NCBI GenBank assembly: GCA_963781585.1 | Contig: CAWAGQ010000010.1 | Coordinates: 1-64,000, forward strand | DNA: 64,000 nucleotides | Reading direction: 5' to 3' | Source of the DNA: an uncultured Gemmatimonadaceae bacterium | Lineage (GTDB): Bacteria > Gemmatimonadota > Gemmatimonadetes > Gemmatimonadales > Gemmatimonadaceae | Shown here: piece after piece, positions 52,029 through 60,924 of the stretch | Layout of the letters: each line of letters opens with the position of its first letter | Position numbering within the stretch: the first letter of the stretch is position 1 | Made by a program: the position numbers and the translations under genes | The notes under the pieces: generated by a model | Told to the model about the DNA's origin: nothing | What the model saw: the letters and a program-made list of their open reading frames with translations, nothing else | Database searches by the model: none

Positions 52029-54836
52029 CTAACGTGGCGCTACGACGCGTGTGGGGAGCGCCGCGTTCTCGCGATCACCGCCACCCAACTGACCGTCGAC
52101 GTTGTAGCCCCAGCAGTACGCTTCGTTCAGCGTCGTGATGGCGCAGGTGTGCGCGCCGCTCGCGTGCAGCGCGGCCAGACGGGACAATCCGGTCACCGCC
52201 ACCGGACGGGAGTGATCGGTGGTGGTGCCGTCACCAAGCTGGCCGTACGCGTTGCGTCCCCAGCACAGCGCCCGCCCGTCGATCGTACGGGCGCAGGAGT
52301 GTCCGCTTCCCGCCACCACCGTCAGAAACGTCGCGGACGCATCCACCACGCGGGGGAACAGCGCCGGTACGCCCGGCGTGCCGGTGCCGAGTTGCCCGTA
52401 GTTGTTCTGACCCCAGCAATACGCCATGCCGGACGGTGCGACCCCGCACGAGTGCGCGCTCCCGGCGGCAATGCTGATGAACCGCGCGTCGGTTGCCACC
52501 GCAACGGGCGTGGTGCGGTCGGTGGTGCTTCCATCACCGAGCTGTCCGTTCCGATTCTCGCCCCAGCAATAGCCAATTCCGTCGAGTGTGAGCGCGCACG
52601 TGTGGTTCCAGCCGACCGCCAGGACCGCAACCGTGGCGGGAAGGGGAACAGGGACAGGCGCCGTTCTGGAGGAACGAGTGCCGTCTCCGAGCTGACCGTA
52701 CGCATTCGCGCCCCAGCAGAAGACAATCCCGGCCCGCGACAGCGCGCAGGTATGAGCGGCGCCGGTGCGCACCAACTGGAAGGTCGTGGCGCTGTTCACG
52801 TGAACCGGTGCCGCGCGCACCGACGTCGTGCCATCGCCGAGCTGTCCGGAATCGTTCTTTCCCCAGCAGTAGAGTTCACCGCCTGCTGTAACGCCGCAGG
52901 TGTGCCAGGCACCGGCCGCGATCTGGGTGAAGCCGAAGTCGCCCACCACCGGTTCCGGCGAGGTGCGTCCCTGGAACGATCCGTCGCCCAGTTGACCGCT
53001 CTCGTTGTTTCCCCAGCACGCCGCGCGCCCGTTGTCACCGATCAGACAGGAGTGTCGACTGCCGGCCGTAATGGTGCCGCGAACCACAGGGAAGATGAGC
53101 GCACGTACGGGCGTCGCCGGCGGGACCGGAGTCGTGTTCACCGTCGAGGACTGGCGTGTGAGCGTGGAGCCCGCTGCCCCGCCAGCAACCGGTGGCGGAG
53201 TGCCGGAGACCGTCGGGGCTATCCGCGCGACGGAATCGCGTGAACCCGGGGACGTTCGCGTTCGCGCGGTGGCGGAGTTCGGGACCGGCTCTCCGGCACT
53301 CTTCGCGGCGGTCACGCCGCTCTTCCTGGCGGCAGCCTCGTCGCGCGGTGGGGTGAGGGGTCCTGGCGAGGAGCTGACGTGCGCGTCGGGTACGGTGCGA
53401 CCCGCGAGCGTGTCGGGCGGGGCCGCTGCCGCGAGGTCAAAGGTGGAATCCGATTGCTTGCGCACCGAGTCGGCGCTGGCAACGGGCACTTCCACGGCGG
53501 CCCGATCGTTCATGAGGGCGACTGAGCCCCCTGCCGCAGCGCCGACGTCCCGCGCTGGCAACCCGAGCCCGAACCAGAGCGCGCCCGCGCTGGCGATCAG
53601 CACCATACCGCCGGCGGCGAGCCAGAGTCCGAAACGCGACTCCCGACGAACCTCCTTCTGTACCTCAAAACCCCGGAGCACGGGCTCGATCGCGTCCACT
53701 TGCTCGAACGACAGCTCCTTCAGCGCTCCATCGGGGTCCGTGGTCGCCGGCGCGTCCGCGGGCGAGCCAACACGCACCGCCTGACGATCGAACTTGACCG
53801 TCTGGAGCACCGCCTCGCTCGCGGGACCGCCCTCGCCGCGCGCCTGGCGCGTCGTCGCTGAGCGTCGTCGCCGGCGCCTTGCCGACTGCCATTCCCGGAA
53901 TCCCGGCGGCATCGGCTCGCTGCTCAACAGCGCGAGAAACCGCCCGGCGCTGCTCCAGCGGCGGTCGGGGTTCTTCTGCATCAGCCCCTCCAGCAGGTAC
54001 TGGAGGGTGGGGGACACGTCCTTGCGGAATTCGTCCAGGGGTGCCAGGAAATCGTGCTTCTGCCGGTAGATCACGTTGTACAGCGTCTCGCCGGACCACG
54101 GGCGGGCACCAGTCAGCATCTCCCAACCGACCATGCCCAGGCTGTACAGATCGCTGCGTCCGTCGATGTGAAATCCGTCGATCTGCTCGGGCGCCATGTA
54201 GGTCGGCGTGCCGATGGTGGTGCCGGTGGCGGTGAGCTCGGTGGGGGCGTCCAGCACGCGCGCCACGCCGAAGTCCGACAGCATTGCGCGTCCCGAGACT
54301 TCGTCGAGGAAGATGTTCTCCGGCTTCACATCCCGATGCACCACCCCCGCCTTGTGGGCGTAGGCCAGCGCGCGGGCCACGTCGCGCAGCACGTGCTCGG
54401 CGCGCGTGACGTCGAATGGTCCGGCCTCGAGCGCCGCCTTCAGCGTGCGTCCCGGCACCAGCTGCATTACGAGCGCCAGGCTGCCGTCGGAGAGGTGTCG
54501 TATCGCGTAGACGCCGACGATGTTCGGATGCTGCAGCTGGGCCACCGTCCGCGCCTCGCGGGCCAGCCGCGACACGGCTTCTGCGTCGGGAGAAAGGCGA
54601 GGCTGTACCACCTTGATCGCCACGTCACGCTGCAGGGCGCGGTCGCGTGCGCGGAACACCACCGCCATCCCCCCGCGCCCCAGCTCACCCAGCAGCTCGT
54701 AATCGGGATCGAGCTCACTCGGCCAGAGCGCGGGTCCTCCCCCCGGGTCCCGGCCGCCCTCTCCGAAGGCTGGCTCCGTCACCGGTGCCTCACGCGGCGG
54801 CAGTTCGCCCGGTACGTGTTCGCCGTCGCTCCGCAT
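52029..54836 (-). CDS. Membrane Ser/Thr kinase with extracytoplasmic RCC1-like beta-propeller
   Basis: LGRGGMAVV, VAIKV, HRDVKPENI, DFG, GTPTYMAPE; TM segment; about 7 H(T/S)C...CWG.N..GQLGDG repeats. Confidence 0.93.
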   Translation of the reverse strand: MRSDGEHVPGELPPREAPVTEPAFGEGGRDPGGGPALWPSELDPDYELLGELGRGGMAVVFRARDRALQRDVAIKVVQPRLSPDAEAVSRLAREARTVAQLQHPNIVGVYAIRHLSDGSLALVMQLVPGRTLKAALEAGPFDVTRAEHVLRDVARALAYAHKAGVVHRDVKPENIFLDEVSGRAMLSDFGVARVLDAPTELTATGTTIGTPTYMAPEQIDGFHIDGRSDLYSLGMVGWEMLTGARPWSGETLYNVIYRQKHDFLAPLDEFRKDVSPTLQYLLEGLMQKNPDRRWSSAGRFLALLSSEPMPPGFREWQSARRRRRRSATTRQARGEGGPASEAVLQTVKFDRQAVRVGSPADAPATTDPDGALKELSFEQVDAIEPVLRGFEVQKEVRRESRFGLWLAAGGMVLIASAGALWFGLGLPARDVGAAAGGSVALMNDRAAVEVPVASADSVRKQSDSTFDLAAAAPPDTLAGRTVPDAHVSSSPGPLTPPRDEAAARKSGVTAAKSAGEPVPNSATARTRTSPGSRDSVARIAPTVSGTPPPVAGGAAGSTLTRQSSTVNTTPVPPATPVRALIFPVVRGTITAGSRHSCLIGDNGRAACWGNNESGQLGDGSFQGRTSPEPVVGDFGFTQIAAGAWHTCGVTAGGELYCWGKNDSGQLGDGTTSVRAAPVHVNSATTFQLVRTGAAHTCALSRAGIVFCWGANAYGQLGDGTRSSRTAPVPVPLPATVAVLAVGWNHTCALTLDGIGYCWGENRNGQLGDGSTTDRTTPVAVATDARFISIAAGSAHSCGVAPSGMAYCWGQNNYGQLGTGTPGVPALFPRVVDASATFLTVVAGSGHSCARTIDGRALCWGRNAYGQLGDGTTTDHSRPVAVTGLSRLAALHASGAHTCAITTLNEAYCWGYNVDGQLGGGDRENAALPTRVVAPR

Positions 54837-54848
54837 CGCGATCCCGGG

Positions 54849-55601
54849 TCAATGCTCATGGTAGACGAACACCACCGCACCCATCTCCAGTCGGTCTCCC
54901 TCCTGGAGGGTGAGCGCGCGGCCGGTTGGCGGGAGCGCCACACCGTTCAACGTCACCGGATTCGTCTGCGAGAGGTTGGCGAGGTGCCAGCGACCGGCGG
55001 AATACGAGAGTCGTGCGTGCTGGCGGCTCACGGTTGGATCGATCAATTGCACGTGCCGCAGCGGCGGACCCTCGCTCCGGCCGAACGTGACCGTGGTGCT
55101 CTCCTCCCCGACGCGACGCATGAAATGGATCTCCTGACCGACGTCGGTTCCGCCAACCACCTCCAGTCGACCCGGCAGGAACTCCAGAGTGCCTTCTTCC
55201 GCGCGATAATAGCGGACCTGACTCCCGGCGACCAAGTGCCCGCCATCCGGGATCTCCTGCGTTATCGCCTCCATCGGCTGCGTGGGCCGCTCGATGATCG
55301 GCTCGTCGGCCACGAGGATCACATCGTCTTCCTCCGCCTCCGTGACTGATCTCGCGGTAGGGGGCACCTGGCGAATGGAGGGGGGTGAGCGGTGCGGGGA
55401 GGGCTGGACCTCGCGCAGGGCAGGCGGTCTGGTCAAGGGAACGTCGGTTGCCATCAGAGGCATGATCAGCGCGGGCGCAGTGTGGCGACGCAGCGCCAGG
55501 TCGCGCCGCCAGCGGACGATTCGTAGTCCCGCCAGCACGAGTGCCAGGGCAACGACCATGGCGCCCGCAATGATGAGAAGGTTGACAGTGCTGACTCCCA
55601 T
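54849..55601 (-). CDS. Membrane-anchored FHA-domain protein
   Basis: N-terminal TM; TFGRS, TVSRQHARL, NLSQTNPVTLNG, GDRLEMG. Confidence 0.88.
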   Translation of the reverse strand: MGVSTVNLLIIAGAMVVALALVLAGLRIVRWRRDLALRRHTAPALIMPLMATDVPLTRPPALREVQPSPHRSPPSIRQVPPTARSVTEAEEDDVILVADEPIIERPTQPMEAITQEIPDGGHLVAGSQVRYYRAEEGTLEFLPGRLEVVGGTDVGQEIHFMRRVGEESTTVTFGRSEGPPLRHVQLIDPTVSRQHARLSYSAGRWHLANLSQTNPVTLNGVALPPTGRALTLQEGDRLEMGAVVFVYHEH

Positions 55602-55809
55602 TCCGGCTTGACGGCTCCGTGACAGAGTGCGCAGGCGACTCCCCTGACCAACTCGCCTCCGGTACCGGTGCTGGTGCCCGGCTGTCCGAAACGCCCTCCT
55701 TGGCGACACGGGCCCCGGGACGCGGCACGGCCCCCAGTCCTAAGCTAGACGCGCCTCACGGGCGCGCCAGTGACCAACGCTACCGAGCGCCTGGCGGCGT
55801 ACCGGATGG

Positions 55810-56601
55810 CTATTTGGCCCTGAATCGGAACACCACCTCCCCCATCTCGATTCGATCGCCCTCGTTCAGCAACACCGAGCCGTCGTCCCCTTCGAGCGGA
55901 GTGTCGTTGACGATCACCGGGTTGGTGGCCGACATGTTGCCCAGGCGCCATCGACGTCCTTCCAGGGTGAGTTTCGCGTGCAAGCGGCTCACGGTGTGCT
56001 CATGGAGCTGCACGTGGCGATACTGGGGTCCGTCGCTCCGGCCAAAGGTGACCACCGTGTCCTTCTCGCCCGGATGTCGCACGAAGCGGATTTCCTGTCC
56101 CACGTCGCGGCCCTCAATCACCTCGAGCCTGCCCGGAAGGAACTGGAGCGTGCCGTCGGGCGTTCGCTGCGGACGCCGTGGCGGGGTACGCGGCTCTGCT
56201 CGCGACGTCGTTGATTCGGTCGCAAAGGTCTCGAGCCGGAGGTGAGGCGCTGAGGGTTCGGTGGACGCACCCGCACCCGCGTCCGCGACCGCCGGTCCAT
56301 CCGTACCGGTGGCGGATGCCACGGTGACGTTCGGCTCTGCTGACGGGCGCGCCGGATACTGTGGAGGGCTCGCGACGCGCCCCGGCTGCGCCGCGGGTTG
56401 GGCCGCGGGTTGCGGCGTCGGGCTCGATCGGATGGGGCGGGGAGGAACGATGTCGCGCGGTACGTTCAGTACTGCGACCGCGATGGGGCGGTGCATTTTG
56501 CGGCGACGGTTCATCCGGGGGAGCATCACGCCGAACAGCACCGCGAGAGCGATCGCGGCGACCGGAAGCAGCACGATAACGACGATGTCGTTACTCCTCA
56601 C
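55810..56601 (-). CDS. Membrane-anchored FHA-domain protein (paralog of the neighbour)
   Basis: N-terminal TM; GTLQFLPGRLEV, TFGRS, TVSRLHAKL, TNPVIVN, GDRIEMG. Confidence 0.88.
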   Translation of the reverse strand: MRSNDIVVIVLLPVAAIALAVLFGVMLPRMNRRRKMHRPIAVAVLNVPRDIVPPRPIRSSPTPQPAAQPAAQPGRVASPPQYPARPSAEPNVTVASATGTDGPAVADAGAGASTEPSAPHLRLETFATESTTSRAEPRTPPRRPQRTPDGTLQFLPGRLEVIEGRDVGQEIRFVRHPGEKDTVVTFGRSDGPQYRHVQLHEHTVSRLHAKLTLEGRRWRLGNMSATNPVIVNDTPLEGDDGSVLLNEGDRIEMGEVVFRFRAK

Positions 56602-56902
56602 AGGGCGGGTACGTCGCTGCAGAGAAGGTCAATGACCAGAGGGTGAAGTTGGGAGGTCGGTGTCAGAGATCGGACCGTGGAACCGCCCGGCGCGCGCAGG
56701 ACGCCGGATAAAGGGTATTAGGCCCCTCATTATAGATAGTACGACGAAGCAGGTTCGAGCGTGTGACGGAGAGCACTCAGTCAGGTAGCGAGGGTGAATC
56801 CAACCGTTCGGAATCCGGAGGCTCGCGTCGATTTCCCGATCGCTTCTCGACCCCTGTGCCTGGGAGGCTCCCTGACGCAAAAGAGCTATGCAGTCATTGA
56901 AG

Positions 56903-56931
56903 TTGGATGGAGGAACGGGGCGCGTTAAAAT
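56903..56931 (+). promoter_or_regulatory. Candidate sigma70 promoter for tRNA-Ile
   Basis: TTGGAT-17 nt-TAAAAT. Confidence 0.45.
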
Positions 56932-56991
56932 AGTTGTGTCGGCGGAATTGGCGCGACGAGGTGACGCAGCTTAGGTTGTCAGCCCTTGTAA

Positions 56992-57065
<74 letters not shown>

Positions 57066-57081
57066 TTTCTTCACGGTGTTT

Positions 57082-57116
57082 GCCCGTCGGAGCCCAGGGG
57101 CTCTGCGCGGGCTTTT
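57082..57116 (+). terminator. Intrinsic terminator after tRNA-Ile
   Basis: GCCCG..GGAGCCC/GGGCTCT..CGGGC hairpin followed by TTTT. Confidence 0.65.
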
Positions 57117-57321
57117 CGCGTGCAGCATGGCGCTTCGAGCTTTCAGGATTGAGCCGCTGGCCCTCCATTCGGGCGCTCCATTCGCCTCGCCGTTCCGGGA
57201 CGCAGATGGGTTGCCGGGTTGAGGCGGCGGCTCCGCGAAAGACGCCACCCGAGGTCGTCGGTAGAGAGGCTCAGAAGTGGCCACTCTGGACACACTGTAT
57301 GACCGGTTGGAAGTTGCGGTC

Positions 57322-57540
57322 ATGAAGAAGATCACTGCGGAAAAGTTCGAGGAGCAGTGTCTCGCTATTCTCGAGGGACTGGGTCCCGAAGGCGTCGTGG
57401 TCACGAAGCACGGCCGGCCCGTGGCCCGCGTACTCCCGATGCGAGAATCGTCGGCGGAGCTGATTGGGGCGCTGAGGGGGCAGGTCACGATCAAGGGCGA
57501 CTTGCTCAGCACTGGCGTATCGTGGGAGGCCGATCGTTAG
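57322..57540 (+). CDS. Phd/YefM-family antitoxin
   Basis: MKKITAEKFEEQCLAIL...VVVTKHGRPVARVLP. Confidence 0.85.
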   Translation: MKKITAEKFEEQCLAILEGLGPEGVVVTKHGRPVARVLPMRESSAELIGALRGQVTIKGDLLSTGVSWEADR

Positions 57541-57750
57541 GCTCGACACGCATGTGCTCGTGTTCGCCCTGGCCGGCAAGCTCACGAGGACCAAGCGGCG
57601 AGTCGTCACGGCCGAAACGTGGAGGTCCCGGCCATCGTGCTCTGGGAGCTGGCAAAGCGCGTGCAGCCAGGCCGTCTGGAGCTCGATCTCGATGACGCCG
57701 AGAAGGTGCAGCTCCCGAGCCGGAGGAGGACAAATCCGGAATCAGGCTGA
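57533..57750 (+). pseudogene. Degraded PIN/VapC toxin
   Basis: LDTHVLVFAL without a canonical start; frameshift near 57625 into AIVLWELAK...GRLELDLDD; the C-terminal half is missing. Confidence 0.72.
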
Positions 57751-57901
57751 GAAATGTGCTCTCCATCCATATCCCGATCATGAGGATCGTGAACGATCCC
57801 GGAATTGGCTCGAGTCGACCGGAGGGAGCGGAGGAACACAGAGCTATTGAACGGCCGGGACGAGACACATCTTTGAGGGCACACCCATGCCGGATCATTC
57901 C

Positions 57902-58435
57902 ATGCGCCGTTTCCTCGTGCTCTTCGCTCTCGCTGCGTGCGCGTCCCCGAAAACGTCCGGCACAGACGAGATTACGCCACGACAGGCAACGGTGCTCACC
58001 GATGACCGCGTCATCAAGGCGGACGCCCCGCGCGCGGTGAGCCTCGAGATCGCCGCACCGCCAACGTCGGTCTGGACGATCGTCAAGCGAGTCTACCAGT
58101 CTCTCGAGGTTCCCGTCACGGTCGAGAACACGAAAACCCGGCAGATCGGCAACAACGACTTCTTCAAGTCACGCTCGATGGCGGGGCTCCCCATGTCGCA
58201 CTTCGTCGACTGCGGCACCGGCATGACGGGCTCGAAGGCAGACTCCTACCGGATCCACATGTCCGCTCTCACGATCGTCGCACCAAACGGGCAGGGCGGA
58301 ACCCGCCTCGAGACGACTTTCGTGCCGATCGGCCAGGATGTCAGCGGCGGGAGCGCCGATCGCATTTCCTGCGGCACGACCGGGAACTTCGAGGCGTTGA
58401 TCAACGAGAACGTGCGCGACAACGTGAAACGATAG
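57902..58435 (+). CDS. Hypothetical lipoprotein
   Basis: MRRFLVLFALAAC lipobox; two further Cys (DCG, SCGTTG). Confidence 0.8.
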   Translation: MRRFLVLFALAACASPKTSGTDEITPRQATVLTDDRVIKADAPRAVSLEIAAPPTSVWTIVKRVYQSLEVPVTVENTKTRQIGNNDFFKSRSMAGLPMSHFVDCGTGMTGSKADSYRIHMSALTIVAPNGQGGTRLETTFVPIGQDVSGGSADRISCGTTGNFEALINENVRDNVKR

Positions 58436-58560
58436 GAGCCCTCCGCCCGCGCGTGTTGTCCGGCGCGCTCGCAGGCTCCGCCGACCGGGCGGCGTGGCGC
58501 GACCGGATGCAGCCATCGGGCTGGCATACTCAGCCGGCAGGCTCCATCTTGCTCCCGGTC

Positions 58561-60816
58561 ATGAGTCTGCAAGAGCGCCTCGAGCAAAGCCTCGCCGGAC
58601 GGTACGCTGTTGAGCGAGAGCTCGGCGAGGGCGGGATGGCAATCGTGTTTCTCGCCCGGGACCTCCGCCACGACCGCAGCGTCGCACTCAAGGTGCTGAG
58701 GCCGGAGGTGTCCGCGGAAATCGGCGCCGAGCGCTTCCTCGGCGAGATCAAGATGGCCGCGCGACTCACTCACCCGCACATCCTCCCGGTTCACGACTCG
58801 GGCGACGCCGACGGCCTCCTGTTCTACGTGATGCCGAACATGCAGGGGCGCTCGCTGCGAGAGCTGCTCAATCGCGAGAAGCAGCTGCCGCTTGAGGATG
58901 CCCTCCGCATCACGCGCGAGATCGCGTCCGCGCTCGACTACGCACACCGCCAACAGGTGATCCACCGCGACGTGAAGCCCGAGAACATTCTGCTGCACGA
59001 GGGCGCGGCGATGATGGCGGATTTCGGTATCGGCAAGGCCCTGAGCGGCGGAAAGTCGGTGACCAGGACGGGGATGACGCTGGGCACTCCGGCGTACATG
59101 AGTCCCGAACAGGCGGGCGGCGAGAGCGACGTCGATGGCCGCAGCGATCTCTACAGCCTCGGCTGCGTGCTCTACGAAATGCTCACCGGTGAAGTGCCGT
59201 TCGGCGGCCCGACGGCAGCGGCGATGATCGCCAAGCGATTCGTATCGCCGGTACCGCGCGTTCGCGTGACCCGCGATGTTCCGGAGGCGGTGGAGGCGGC
59301 GGTAACTCGCGCGCTTGCGCGGACGCCGGTGGACCGGTTTCGGACCGGTGCGGAGTTCGCCGATGCGCTACGAATGGTTCTCGGCGACGGTCACGCGGGG
59401 CCGACACGTACCCCGCCCGAGATCAGGAGCACTTCCGCCGGAAAGTCCATTGCCGTCCTGCCGCTCACGAATCGGAGCGCCGATCCGGAAAACGAGTACT
59501 TCAGCGACGGGATGACCGAGGAGATCATCAACGTGCTGGGCAAGGTCGCCGGCATTCAGGTGGCGTCCTGCACATCGAGCTTCGCGTTCAAAGGAAAGGA
59601 CGTCGACATCCGCCAGATCGGCGAAAAGCTCGGCGTGGGTACGGTACTCGAGGGCGGCGTGCGCAAGGTGGGCAACCGGATCCGCGTGACGGCCCAGCTC
59701 ACCGACGTTCACACCGGGTATACGCTCTGGACCGAGACCTACGATCGACAGCTGGAGGACGTCTTTGCCATCCAGGACGAAATCTCCCGCGCCATCGTGG
59801 ACGCGCTGAAGCTCAAGCTCGTCGGGGCCGACTCGCTGGTGGCCCCAGCGACCACGAATCTCGAAGCCTACACCCTGTATCTGCAGGGGCGATTCGTGTT
59901 CAACAAGTTCACCGAGCCGGATCTCCGAAAGGCCATCGAAGTGTTCGAGCAGGCGCTGGCGATCGACCCGGGCTACGCGAAGGCCCATGCCGGCATCGCC
60001 GATAGCTGGTCCCGCCTTGCGGACGATTGGGTGGCTCCCGCCGAATCCTACCCCCAGGCGGAGGCGGCAGCCCGACGGGCACTCGCCCTGGACGCCAACC
60101 TGCCCGACGCGCTGACCGCGCTCGGGAGAGTGCACTGCTGGTACCGCTGGGACTTCGGCCTGGCCGAGCGCGAACTCCGCGCGTCGATTGCGATCAGCCC
60201 CAACACGGCCGAGACACATTTCGTGCTGGGTACCACGCTACCGGCGCTCGGGAGATTGTCGGAGTCGATCGGCGAGATGCGCCAGGCGCTGGTGTTCGAC
60301 CCGCTTTCTCCCGTCTATGGGCGGTACCTCGGCCGGTTTCTGGTCTACGCGGGTGAGTACGACGCGGCAATCCGCCAGGGCCACATGACCCTCGAGCTTC
60401 ATGCCGGCTACACACCCGCGTACGTGAACATCGGAGCAGCCTACCTGGGACAGGGCAAGGCGACGGAAGCCCTCGATTGGTTCCAGCGCGGGCAGTCGCT
60501 CGATTCGGCTGTGCGATCGTACGATGCGTATATCGTTCGTGCCCTCGCGGCGCTCGGCGAGCGGGAGGAGGCTGAGGCAATCCTCCGCCGGCTGGAGGGG
60601 CAGGGTGCCAGGCAGTACATCCGCGCCGAGAGCCTGGCCATGGGCTATGCAGCAACCGGCGACCGCGACCGCGCGTTCCTCTACCTCGAGCGGGCGTTCC
60701 GAGAGCGGTCGGCCGGTCTGATTTTCCTTCACGTCGATACGGGATACCATCCACTTCGCACCGATCCGCGGTACGCCGAACTTGTCGGCCGCATCGGACT
60801 GCGGCCGGAGACATGA
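58561..60816 (+). CDS. Ser/Thr protein kinase with TolB-like N-domain and TPR repeats
   Basis: LGEGGMA, HRDVKPEN, DFG, GTPAYMSPE; SIAVLP...EYFSDGMTEEII; TPR region; LRTDPRY. Confidence 0.93.
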   Translation: MSLQERLEQSLAGRYAVERELGEGGMAIVFLARDLRHDRSVALKVLRPEVSAEIGAERFLGEIKMAARLTHPHILPVHDSGDADGLLFYVMPNMQGRSLRELLNREKQLPLEDALRITREIASALDYAHRQQVIHRDVKPENILLHEGAAMMADFGIGKALSGGKSVTRTGMTLGTPAYMSPEQAGGESDVDGRSDLYSLGCVLYEMLTGEVPFGGPTAAAMIAKRFVSPVPRVRVTRDVPEAVEAAVTRALARTPVDRFRTGAEFADALRMVLGDGHAGPTRTPPEIRSTSAGKSIAVLPLTNRSADPENEYFSDGMTEEIINVLGKVAGIQVASCTSSFAFKGKDVDIRQIGEKLGVGTVLEGGVRKVGNRIRVTAQLTDVHTGYTLWTETYDRQLEDVFAIQDEISRAIVDALKLKLVGADSLVAPATTNLEAYTLYLQGRFVFNKFTEPDLRKAIEVFEQALAIDPGYAKAHAGIADSWSRLADDWVAPAESYPQAEAAARRALALDANLPDALTALGRVHCWYRWDFGLAERELRASIAISPNTAETHFVLGTTLPALGRLSESIGEMRQALVFDPLSPVYGRYLGRFLVYAGEYDAAIRQGHMTLELHAGYTPAYVNIGAAYLGQGKATEALDWFQRGQSLDSAVRSYDAYIVRALAALGEREEAEAILRRLEGQGARQYIRAESLAMGYAATGDRDRAFLYLERAFRERSAGLIFLHVDTGYHPLRTDPRYAELVGRIGLRPET

Positions 60817-60924
60817 GCGCTCGTTGGTGGCGCGTGATCCCGGCGTCAGGCGGCTCCGGCACCTTCTCCTCCAGCGCCTTGGGGGCGGCGGGTTCCCGCT
60901 CGCGTAGTCTGTCGGCCTCGCGCC

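Noticed and set aside
43957..53784. Long plus-strand ORFs opposite the Ig and kinase genes
   Set aside because: Antisense shadows typical of high-GC coding DNA; the minus strand carries the recognisable domains.
56729..56734. Perfect TATAAT on the minus strand upstream of the FHA operon
   Set aside because: No credible -35 element, so there is not enough support to call a promoter.
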